Position numbers and translations under genes: made by a program. Shown here piece by piece: positions 1-11,900 of a DNA stretch of 64,000 bases (positions are counted from its first letter, which is position 1; each line of letters starts with the position of its first letter). The stretch is from NCBI RefSeq assembly GCF_002113885.1, contig NW_018407459.1, positions 344,227-408,226 on the forward strand. Direction: 5' to 3'. The stretch is from Mizuhopecten yessoensis (Eukaryota). The notes under the pieces were generated by a model. It searched no databases. It was not told the origin of the DNA and saw only the letters and a program-made list of their open reading frames with translations.

Positions 1-339
1 TACTTTAAATCCATCTGATGTATTATTGTATCACCAAATGTATGAAAATATGGAAATGTAAAGAGATGTGACAGCAAAATGTGTACTGTATTACTCAGGA
101 AAGTTGAAAACTATTCCTGGAATGAAGTGAAAGGAGAAGAGATACTGTAATTGACAACATATATTGAAGCTATATACATATTTCCTATTTCAAAATAAAA
201 TTATTTGCATAGGAATTGTCTCCCTTTGTACATATTTCAAACCAAGAAAATTGAAATTGAAATTGCCCCTTTTTGCCAATAATTGATTCATCTAACACCA
301 TTATAACCAAAAATATGTCTTGTGTTTATTAATTACAGG

Positions 340-815
340 TAGATTTTGCTATTAAAAGAAGTATAAATGTTGACCAAGTCTTATCAGAAATCCTGTCATA
401 TTTGACAAAGTTATTGTGCAGAAACTATCAACCAATCAGAGCAGAGTATGCTTATAAATTATGTGTGATTTTTTTGCTCAACTTAGAACTTAGCATCAGT
501 CTTTGTATAATGTACATGCATACCAATTTTCATCAAAATCAAACGATATTTAAGCAAGTAATCTGCGGAAACGCATGTTTGGAAATTGACCAAGGGAGCA
601 AAGTATGCTATTAATTACCAGGGGTAGTTATGCAAGGATTTTGTTTACTTTGAACTAGGGGCTTAGACTTCGTATAGTGTACATGCATACCAAGTTTCAT
701 CAAAATCCAATGATATTTAAGCAAGCTATTTGGGGAAACCAAAGTGTGGACAGACAGACAAATGGACACTCCCAATACCATAATATGTCCCTTCATAATT
801 TTTGACGGGCATATC
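340..815 (-). mobile_element. Degenerate Helentron/HINE-like non-autonomous element fragment
   Basis: Two internal repeats (catgcatacca..tttcatcaaaatc at about 515 and 683), a (gaca)n microsatellite and a terminal hairpin-like tgtccc...gggcata, the architecture of the other copies in the window. Confidence 0.45.
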
Positions 816-960
816 AGAAATATTTTTTGTAGTGTTAAAGAATGATACTACTTGATGTATAATAAAACAATTTAGAGTTGAAGATAGTTAGCTCAAACCT
901 ATTTGAATGAAATAACCCTCAAAGTTAGCAAATTATCTTTTAATCAGGTAAGCTAATTAC

Positions 961-3900
961 CTGTAAGTTGGTGACATGTCTATCAGCATCGTTCTCCGCT
1001 ATACAGGCCTCCATCACAGATTTGGTGGCAGGATCAACATGACTTGTGGCTAAATCATGCCTGCAGTATAAACAGTAGATGTTAAAGCAACTACAATTTA
1101 ACAACAACTTTTGATCAAGTAGTACATGCAATATAATAGATGTGATGACAGTTTTGTACAGAAACTGCCACCTAAAAAATGATCTGCTTATTACCGCTAT
1201 GACTTTAAATTTAATATAATGGAATTTGAAACAAAATATGGTTTTAAAGACTAGGACAACTCATTAAGCCTGAAGATGTATTTCCAATGACGCCCCTGAT
1301 TTTATCAACAAAGCATGTATCAGTATGATTCAGAAGCTTTCAATCCAAAGCAGACCTGAAGAAAAGGTTGCTGTCACCATATTCCTCCTTCTTGATCCAT
1401 CCTGCAAGTGACAGCAACCCGAGGGCTCGGTCAGGGAAGTGTGTGGCTAGGTGCCATGCTCCATGTCCACCCATAGAGTGACCTAGAGGTAAACAGTACA
1501 TACACATGTATTAGTACGCTGTATAACCAAAACATTCAGCAAATGACACCAATGGAAGAACTTGGTTAGGGAAGTTTGCGACTAGGTGCTGCATCTAAGG
1601 TCAACCCATAGAGTAGTCTAAAGGTTAACAAGTATATATTTATCCTGTTCATTAAGTTTTATCGACGGTAGGGATAACTGTAGCTACTTGCCAGCAAACA
1701 GTACCCTAGAGTTGTCTGCCTTTTCAGTGATCCATTCACAGGACTGAGTTAGCGATACCAGTCTGTCCAGAGCTGCTATAGCCGTGAGACTGCCAGGACC
1801 CTCCCAGTTGTGGGCACCATGTCTGTTTATACATAATACATGAACAATTACGTTCTAGAAATCAAGAATAAAAATATAGTACATATACCATTACTTTGTT
1901 AGCTCTTAGTATTTAAATAAAATCAAAGACATCATTATTTCCTACTTATGGAATTCAATAAAATGATAGAATACTTAGAGTTCAGCTGGTTATAAATATC
2001 AAAACTACAATGTCAAAAGTAACTACATGTACCAATTATTTTTTCGGAAGATTTTCTGCTACACTCACCTTGTTGGAGCCAGCAACCAACCATGTGGGAT
2101 TCCAAATACATATTCTCCATTCCTCATCACCTTGTAGCTGTCAGCCTGGTTCTGTGGTGGAACAGTGGTGCCGTGTAGTGTGAGAAGGGTAGGACAGGCG
2201 GCACCTCCACAGCCACTAATAGGAGCTATGGCTGCTGCATGCTGCACAGATCCATCATGGTCTAAAAATGTAAAGAGGAAGGACTCTCCGGGCTTCCTAC
2301 AGCGGAGATTGACCTTGAAGGGTATGGTCCCCATTGATGTGGTAATGGACAGGATCACATTTAAAGTGGTGCACCTTGTCAACACAATCCCGTTATCGGC
2401 AGTCTCCAATGAAAATAGGACCGACACAGTTTGACCTGGAGCAATATTAACAGGATGGAGCAAATGACTCCTCAGTACATGTCCTTCTGACTGGTCAGTC
2501 ACAGATACCTTGGAAACCCGAACCCATTTAGAATGATGGTTATTTGTCATTGGAACAGCAACATGTTTACCAAATAGGTGACCATTTACAAGATCAGGAA
2601 GGAAGTGAGAAGGGAGAATTTCAAGGCTAGATTCAGGTATCTTTATGGAACACTTGAAAGTTGCAGACACTTTCGAGCGTAGGCGAATGTAGATTGTATG
2701 GACACCCTGCGACAAGTGTGTAGTGGTCCAGAACACATCCCTACGGTATACATCTCCTGTCATTGGTCTGCCATCAATATAAAATGTGTGGACATCCAAA
2801 CACTGGAACACCACCAGCTGGTCTTTCTCATTCACAGCAAACTCCCCTACTACCCAACCCTGCCATTCAGTAATCCCGATGGAACTGAGGGAGTTTACCA
2901 AGTCATTCCAGTTTACTTGTGGGCTTATTTTAATGGTTTCACCAGCAACTGACTGCTTGAATGATTTCCATTTTATTTCTCCTCCAGGAACCAACTCAGA
3001 GAAAAATTTAATATTTTTGTTGTTCCTTTTTTTGGAAACTTCAAAAACACCACCAAACGGTTCCAGTGGATCACCATCAAGCTCCATTTTTCCTATGACA
3101 AATGGTCCAATAAAATCCCAGGAGGTAACAAATGGGCTGACCTTTCCAGACAGTTTTGATGCATGTTTGAAACAGGAGACCGCTTGAGATGTCTGACCTT
3201 TCCTCTGGTAAAGTGTACCAAGTGCAGACCACTGGAATCCATCATTTTCCTTGGCATCCAGTGCAACAAGTATGCATGATATTGCTTGGTCAGTCTGTGA
3301 TAAATTTAGATATGTAAGATATGAATAAGGAAAACTTTTGTACATGAGTAAAGGTCATCAAATTAAATATTAAGAACATACAAATATTTCTCATTACAAA
3401 GGCAAAAAAAATGGAAATGCCTGGCAGTTTTGAAACTGATCCAATTCTTTTTTCACAGCTCAGCGAGAAACAGCTATGCTATACTTCACCACCAAAAGAT
3501 CTTCAATACAAAATACATGATACATAGTAACAAAGCTTTCATTTAAAGTTGAAATGTATTAGATATATCTCTTCAAACACTTTACTTGCTTAAATTATAA
3601 TGTCTCAATAAAATCATGATATAAATTTCAAATTTGATATTGTTGACAATTATGATAACCAGGTATTTTAGACAAAAAATGTGTCATTGTTGATAGGTCC
3701 AATGATGTGTGACACTATGACTAATACAGTTGTATACTGTACCTCCGCTGTCCACCTTAAACGGTTGATGCTGCTTGATGTTATCTTTTTTGGACAAGGT
3801 GCCGTAAACTTCTTCTTTTCTTTGTCTAAAAATTCTCTTACACCCTAAATAGGAAAACAAAAATCTAAATTCACTAAAATTAAATTAACACTGCACATAT

Positions 3901-5415
3901 CCCTGTTATCTGTATTAATTTTGTGGACATTTTGGGTATAAAACTTTTTATTTTTTTAAAGATAGGACCATGCTTAAAATATGGTTGAATAATAGGATTA
4001 TCAACAATAAATTCATTATGTGATTAGCTACTGATCACCCACTGGTATGTTGGACCTCTGGTTTCATGCATAAAATGTACCCCCTACCAAAAATATTTAG
4101 ATACATTTTGTAACTACATTAAATGTGTCTCTCCTAAATAAAATAAAATCCCCTTAAAAAATCCATTATTTAGAAATAATCTAAAATAGTCAAAATATGA
4201 AAAGGTCGAAATAGGGGAATGCCAGCTACCCACCCCCCAGCCACACTTAATCCTAACCCTAAAATGTTCCTGTCTGGGAAAAGAATCAGACCTATTGATA
4301 ATCGCTGAGGCACCCTGCATTTGAAATCTGCTATTTCTCAAGTGTCGCCATCCACATTTTAGAACCACTTATTGAGTTGTTGTTTTTTCAGAATGCTTGA
4401 AGCAGTGAAGAGTCCTGTATCTAGTCTCTAGTGGTCCAGTTTGGTGATGAACTTTGATGTTGGACCTAATCGAAGGCCCTTGAAAGTCCCATACAACAAC
4501 CAAATAAACCTGGTCCTTGCTATACTGTTGATAGATCACTGTTGATGGCAAGTTGTGACTCACATGATCTGTGAGAGCAAAATATGTACTAGTCAAGTGT
4601 TCACAGACGGTATAGCAAGTATCATACTGATATTTTCAATACATTACAATATAATTGTATTACGGTGTTCTCTAGCAGTTCACAGCATACTGAGAAAAGA
4701 ATTACTGGGTGAAATACTAAAAATTTTGTTCAACATAACAAAAATACTGGTCAACATGACATACAAAAATACATAACAGTTATATACATTCTCAGAAGAA
4801 AAAAAGAAAAAAAATTAACTACAACTCACTACACCACACCACTACACTACACCAGAGGTCCTATATCCTGCATGGACACACACTTGAAGTCGTTGACAGT
4901 GCTAAATACCTGGGAGTGACCATCAACAAAGATCTGACCTGGACGAAACATAACAACCAGACAACAGGTAAAGCCTCTAAGACCCTTGGCTTTCTACGAA
5001 GAAATCAGGGGAGATATATACCACCCTAGTTCGACCAACCCTAGAGTATGCATCTCCAGTATGGGATTCACATCACAAACATCAGGGAAATTGAACAAGT
5101 ACAGAGTAGAGCGGCACGGTACTAGCTTCGTCTGTCAATAAACCTATACTATAATCGTATAGGTGTACATGTATTGACAGACGAGGCTAGTACCTGTAAT
5201 ACATGTATTGCCCTATCACTGACAAGTACTCTTGTAGATACACACAATGTTTCAGCTCACAGGAGTCTGAAATTTAGTCACAAATATGTTGACTAAATGT
5301 CAAGCACCTGTAACTTAGGCCAACCGCTTATACTTACGAAACTATCTTTCTTTTTCGATAATGAGATTTGAATAAATGCAGTCACAAAAAGGAGAGGAAA
5401 AATTGTGGTTTTCAT
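961..5415 (-). CDS. Secreted TPR-containing alpha/beta-hydrolase (peptidase S9/esterase-like, uncharacterised); 3' end lies beyond the left edge of the window
   Basis: Exons (minus): 5415-5338 (MKTTIFPLLFVTAFIQISLSKKKDSF, signal-peptide-like), 3844-3743, 3294-2069 (TPR-like FQWSALGTLYQRKGQTSQAVSCFKHA; ...LLTLHGTTV...WLLAPTR), 1822-1692 (HGAHNWEGPG...RVLFAG; GC donor), 1482-1356 (GHSMGGHGAWHLATHFPDRA, GxSxG elbow), 1060-961. Splice phases join into 588 open codons; no stop reached in the window. Confidence 0.85.
4350..4570 (-). mobile_element. Decayed LINE (CR1/L2-type) reverse transcriptase fragment
   Basis: Frameshifted minus-strand translation SCESQLA...DQVYLVVVWDF/SRAFD*VQHQ...KLDH* resembles the non-LTR RT segment SCETQL...QVDxxxLDFSKAFDKVPHxxLxxKLxxY. 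Confidence 0.55.
4860..5118 (+). mobile_element. Decayed LINE (CR1/L2-type) ORF2 C-terminal fragment
   Basis: YILHGHTLEVVDSAKYLGVTINKDLTWTKH...KASKTLGFLRRN / YTTLVRPTLEYASPVWD / IEQVQSRAAR, typical post-RT motifs. Confidence 0.8.
5123..5189. mobile_element. 67-bp palindromic MITE, TAG...CTA ends, GTAC target duplication (Academ-like)
   Basis: tagcttcgtctgtcaata ... tattgacagacgaggcta (1 mismatch), inner stem acctatac/gtataggt; gtac on both flanks (5119-5122, 5190-5193). Confidence 0.65.
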
Positions 5416-5918
5416 CGTTTAGTTTTGCTTGGCTTGACATCAACTCTGTGATCAATATGCTCTTTCCAACCGGTCTGCCAAAATGTAAACAGCAGACCAC
5501 ATGTCAACTTCCTGTTTTGGCGGTGAATAGTGAAAAAACGACCAATATAAACAGAAAAAAATTGTTCGGTTACATGAAAGTTCCGTCATTACATAACGTA
5601 GAATATTAATAAATAATATTCTGAATCAAATACAACTTCAGTATTATAAGTAAAAGGCGTAAAGTAAGGCTACCGGCATTAGTCCTTCGGAACTTTAAAC
5701 AGCAGGTAAAATGTTCATGTTGCACATAAAATGTCAAATATCTTTGATCATGCATACGCTTTAATGTCAAGGGCTCAGCAGTTAAGCATGTAAAGTACAT
5801 TGAATATTGATCACCCGACGCTTCGCAGCCAATGGCAATGTGAAAAACTGATAAAAACACTGGTCTTTGGAATTTGGCCGGTTTCTCTGCTTGCCTGCAC
5901 CGTCCAACAACATTCATT
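5416..5918. promoter_or_regulatory. Putative bidirectional promoter between the hydrolase gene and GNPAT
   Basis: Divergent ATGs about 500 bp apart (5415 minus; 5919 plus, tentative); locally CpG-richer; ETS-like acttcctg near 5507 and ccaat near 5542 and 5829. Confidence 0.5.
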
Positions 5919-8900
5919 ATGGAGGAACAGTCGAGAAACGTTTGGATCAAACAAGGTTCTGGTTTTATATTATATTTCACGTCTTGTTCATTGATTTGAT
6001 GACGTCGTTCATCGTGAAATGATCATACACTAACGATATCATCAGATCATATATATGGTCATCATCATCGAATGCATAAGACCCCATATCTACTGAATCA
6101 AGGACATACCAGCATGCATTATTTAGGACACTCTATGTCATGGGCATGCATCCCTCATAAATGCAATATAAATAGTTTACCCAAACCCCAAAAAGAAACA
6201 ACTGTCAAAATACCTTTATAACTTACAATAATGAATATGACAGCTTTAGGAGATTCTACATCAGGGCAAATATTGCCACATGGATTCCTTCCTTAGTTTG
6301 CAACAGGGGTCTAGTTTTAGAGCGAGTCTGCATGAGCTTTATTTAAATGTTTGTACATAGGTGCACACACAATGGGTGTCAGACGTTTCGCCCCAAAACC
6401 GTTACGCCCCAAACCAGTTCACCCCAAATTTGATTCATATCGCCCAAACCAGTTCGCCCCAAAAACTCCATAACGTCCCAAAAAACCATAGCCCCAAAAA
6501 ACCATAACGCCCAACTAGTTTGCCCCCAAAAAATATAACGCCCCATTCCTAAAAAAAGGAGCTTGCTTATTTTCCCATTTATTTTGTCATTGTGTTTACC
6601 GTGCTTAAAGGGGAATAACTCTTGTTTTGTGTATACTACGGAAAGGTGGGCGCATCGAATATATGCATATTATTTAAGTTTTGCAAAGACGGAATAGTAA
6701 AAGAGATATGTTTCCTTTAACGTTCGTTTTCAGTTTATGTTTCCTTAAGATGTGACTTACGGAAATGTAGCATTGTGTACATTCTTTCATCATACACCGA
6801 CGTGTTAGGCTTTAAAATAAACAACAAATCCATGATTTCATGTGCTATTATAAAGAACATATTTCTTTTAGGTATGTGTACATCTTGTCATCAAACTTTG
6901 ATGCCTGTAGCTATTAAACAAACAGCAAAGCCATATATAACGACAATCTGTAGTAAATTGCTTAGATCAGATAGGCAATTATTTTCCTGGTTCCTGAACA
7001 TTTTGTGTTGCTGCATTGATGGCAGGTGTTATTAGAATAACAACGTTAGGAAACTGTATCCACAAAAATATTAAGTGATGTATTGTGCATGATATATATC
7101 TTGTTATATTATGTTGTATCATTTGTTAATGTAACCTGTTGTTGTTGTAAGTAATTAATAATTAACTCTCTCAATGTATATGTATATTTGTACAATAATA
7201 TTCAGGTATATGTAAAAGATAATGAGATTATTTCCACAAGTGCCGAAGGTAGCTAACGTATCATATCTATAATATCTATGTTAAGCATGCATTTATATAT
7301 TTTAGATCATATATATGTTTAAGTAATTAGATTATTTCCACGCGAAATTATTCGAAACAAGAAATGATTAATTGATATTGACAAGGAAATAGTCACAGCC
7401 CTTAAATTGAAAGAGTTACCTCCCATTACCTGCCTTTTATAGTTCAATATAGGTTCGTAGCGATTGGGTCGATACAGAATTTTTGGGGCGAAACAGATTT
7501 TGGGGCGATATGGTTGTCATACTTGGGGCGAACTGAATTGAAAATAGGGGCGATGTGAAAAAATTTTGGGGCAAACTGGTTTGGGGCGAAATGTCTGTAA
7601 TTCCACACAATCACGAGTTTGTTGACATCATTGTGTTCGTGAAGCAGCCTTATATAACAGGTGAAGTGTTAAAATTAAAAATGGCTTCCTTCTTTGCAGA
7701 ATATGTGTATTAATAGTTTTTAATCAATTTCGAGAATAGGATGACCATTTTGATATTTATTTTCCTAACGTCCTTTAAATCTGATATATCAGAGCTATTG
7801 TACGTATACCAGGTATGTATTCAAAGAAAGTTAAACCTCTTGAATATTGAATGACCTCCCTTGGTGATCATACCTGACAATAACTGTTATCCCCAAGAGG
7901 TAGTTTTAGAAACGCCAGTCTCAACCAAATCCTTCGTTCCATTCTTTTCAATACACTGATGTAAGTCTGACAACACTGCATCAGAAGTCTTCTTATGACC
8001 TATACCTAGTCAATCAGTGCTGCCCACACAGTTTTTGGTATTGGAAAATGTACATGTAACCATACAGGAATGGAAAGAAAGGTCAGCTGATGTAACGCTA
8101 TCAGATCTGATGCTCTAGTTTATTGTAGAAGACCAAAGGCTCTTGAATTTCTACTTTTTATCACTTTTCTGAACAAAATTTCAACTAAGTAGCCCTTCTT
8201 CCTTATTTGCAGTCAACTGGATGATATTTATATAATTTTAACACAAGAAGGGATTTAAATGTAAATTGATTGATTATGAGAAGTTCTTTTTACACAACCA
8301 ATAAAAAATTCTATGGTTGTGTAAAAAGAACTTCTCATAATCCATACTTACCAACCTGAAGAAAATGTTTAGAAAAAATTGATTGATGGTTTCAGATGAT
8401 CCAAAGCTGGTGTCCTCTAGACATAAGGACATATTTGAGGATATTCTAGAGGACCGCAGGCACTCGAGTGATGTCGGATGGTGCCTGCGTACAAGGGATG
8501 TCCCTACATACAAAAACAACAAAACCAGAACAATAGGCCAGATAAAGGAGCATGTCTTGGCCAGTGATCGTGTGAAATATGCTGTTGAACAAGTGAGACT
8601 TCCAGTTAACAAAACTAGTGTTGTTCCAATTAATCAGTGTCTGATCATGTTTCCTTTATAACAGAAAGCTTTTAAGAGTTATTGATAATATAGCAGACCT
8701 GTCAAATGATTTAATGTACAATTTCATTAATAAACATTTTACCATAAACTGCATAAAAATATAAAATGTATCAATATTTTTGTGATTTTCCAAATTTTTT
8801 AATGCTTTCTCTATTCATTTCCTGTTCTTCTTACGATTGAACAAATATGACATTTAAATTGAAAATCGAATAAAAATTATTATTGAGTTCCCTTATTATG

Positions 8901-11900
8901 AATCTTGTTTACAGGTCTGTATGGAAAGTGGACTGCCAACTGATGAGGTGTGGGGTCAAACCAAGGAAATCCTGGAGGAAATGTCACACAACCTTAAACT
9001 TGGTGCTATCAGGGGATTTGCTGTGTTCCTTGTTAAAGTTCTGAAGGCACTATTTAAAAGAATTTATGTCAATGAGGAAGGCATTCAAAAGGTACATAAA
9101 CTTATCAGTAAAGCAGTTTACTAATGTTAAGCCACTGTACCATGATGTACATCTCTTTTCCATACAAACTTGTAAGATAATTTATGATTTTATTTATTCA
9201 AATATGGACTTACCAGGTAGTTAAATTAAAATTCAAAAGAATGCGTTGATTGTTATTAAATAGACCTGTATTATAAGGAAGATGTGAAATAAGGACAATA
9301 ATGACAAAAATCACAGATATAATGCTTAAACCAACATACACTATACAGACGTTGATAACACTTGAGTAGATCTGTACAATAAGGAAAATGTATTAAAATA
9401 AAGGAGAGAACACAAATCACAGGTATGATGTTAAGGTAACATATAGCCTTAAATAAAAGAGTTCTATTACATTTTATTTCATATTTTCAGCATGGTACAA
9501 CCACTGGTACAACATAAGTCATTTGAGAGATGTATATGTACATACTACCTGTCAGTCTTACCAGACAAACAAATAACTTGTCTTCATTTTTTGCAGGTCC
9601 GGGCAATGATTAAAGAGTACCCAATATTGCTGACTCCCAGTCATCGTAGCTACTTTGATTTCCTCCTCATGTCGTTTGTGTTTTATCACTATGATCTACC
9701 ATTGCCTGTCATTGCTGCAGCCATGGGTAAGTATGGTACTGCTTGTAGGAACATCTTATTAATCTCTTTAACCTTTTACCAATTTCTCATGATGTTTATT
9801 TTAAGCAAATTCAAGGCTTGTTTCTTTTATTTTATTGGTTGATGTCATGGTTGATTGAATATCTTATTAATTGTTACAAAAACTAAGTTATATAATAATA
9901 AGTGTTGACACAAAGGATACAATTTAAAAAGTCATGTAGTTTAAATTTACAACCTGTAAAACAAATTATTGAAAGTTTGGAACAACTTCATTCTACTCTG
10001 ATGCTTTCAGATTTCATGGGAATGAAATTCTTCGGATGGCTGTTGAGGAATTCAGGTGCCTTTTACATTCGGCGTAGTTTTGGTGATGACCAGCTGTACT
10101 GGGCTGTTTTCACAGAGTATGTACAGACACAGATATGTAACAGTGATCACCCGCTGGAATTCTACGTGGAGGGCACTCGCAGTAGGACAGCTAAATCATA
10201 CTGTCCAAAGTTTGGTATGTCATCCAAAACTGAACCAGATGGTCTATTTCTTATAACATTTATAACTGCATGTCATATGCATGCTGTCATCTGACATCTG
10301 GACATTTCCTTTCCCAATATTGTTCTGACCAAAGGTCCTACATATTTTTCTATGTTCATATAAACTATAAAATGGCAGTAATATTTTTCCTCTGTACATC
10401 TTTCCTTTATAATGTTCATGTGTTTTACTATTTGTATGGACTTTGAACATGACATGATATAAATATCCTGACACCTTGTTTTCTATCCTTTATGTTTTTC
10501 TCTGTATCAGGAATGCTGTCAGCGTCACTAGAGCCATATTTCAAAGCCCACATTCCTGATATCATGGTCATTCCTGTCAGCATTAGCTATGACAAAATCC
10601 TAGAGGAGAAGCTCTATGCTTACGAATTACTTGGAGTCCCGAAACCCAAGGAGTCCACTTCAGTAAGTGTTTCCAAAAACAAAATGTTAACTTCTGTAGT
10701 TGTTCCATAAAACTGACCAGGTAACATGAGGACATGTTCCCAATCTAGAGGAGTTTAACTCAGTATCTGTTCTTAATATCTAGAAATTAACCTTCTTACG
10801 ACCCTGACCATTCCTGAAAATATTTATCATTTAACTAAGTAAATATACATTAGATTCAGATAGGCCTTTCTTTTAGAAATGTTGTCAATGTGTTTGTAAC
10901 AGAAAATAAGTAATCTTTCGTTTTGAATATACATGTATTATTTGTTGTTTTGTCTTTCTCCATGTCTTTGATGATGCCTAAAAATTTGACTTTTTTTGTC
11001 TATAGAAGGAACATAATCTGTTTGTATGTTCGTAATTAAATTAATTCAGTGGGTTTGATATAACAGACTGAAATCGCAAATAACCTACATTTGTTTTATG
11101 TTTAATAGGCATTGTTTAAAGCGAGAAACATATTGTCAGAAGACTTTGGAAATGTACACATACATTTTGGAGATCCCCTATCAATACGAGAATACTCAGT
11201 CGGCAAAGTAGACCGAAGCATCCACAACCTGGCACCACGGTAACTACTCTCCATCTGTTGGCAGATTTAGATAGACTGAACAGCTACCCTGTCACTTTCA
11301 GTTCTACTTGCATTTTCATATTTAAACCTTTCTAGGAAGGACACTATTGATAGATTTATATATAATGTCGTTTTTATTGACAAAAACACAACTGGAATTA
11401 TAAACTTCACCTGTATTTTATCATAGTGCATTGCATTTATATTGATATCTTAGTGGGGTTTTTTATGCCAAGCTTCCTTATAATTTTTAAAAGGGGATTT
11501 TGAGAAGAACACTAGTTAATCATTGTTTATCATCTTACTATGAAAGGAAAATTAATTTTAGTAATTAAGTCATTCACAGTTCATTATTGCAGTAATTGGT
11601 AGATTTTTTTCTCAACTTTTTAAGAATATTACAGATTTAAAAAAAACACAAGCGTATTTGTGTTTGAACAGGTATATTGCCAGTTTGTCTGCACAAGAGA
11701 CAGATCTACTGAAGAGCCTTGCCTATGATATTGTGTTACTTCACCTCAAACACATGGTTATCTCCCCTTGGTCTTTGACGGCAGCAGTGATGGTACAGAA
11801 CAAGGAGGGCATATCAATGCGACAGCTTGTCCGAGAGGTGGAATGGCTCAAACGCCATGCCTTGAATCTGGGGGCATACATAGACTGGCCAGGTTAGTGA

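Noticed and set aside
2065-3345. ORF-track start MYKSFPYSY as the true N-terminus
   Set aside because: The first 17 codons are intronic; the acceptor at 3295/3296 links to upstream exons encoding a signal peptide.
7741-7812. Alternative GNPAT first exon (MTILIFIF...YQ|gtatgt)
   Set aside because: Phase-0 donor is incompatible with the phase-1 acceptor at 8395.
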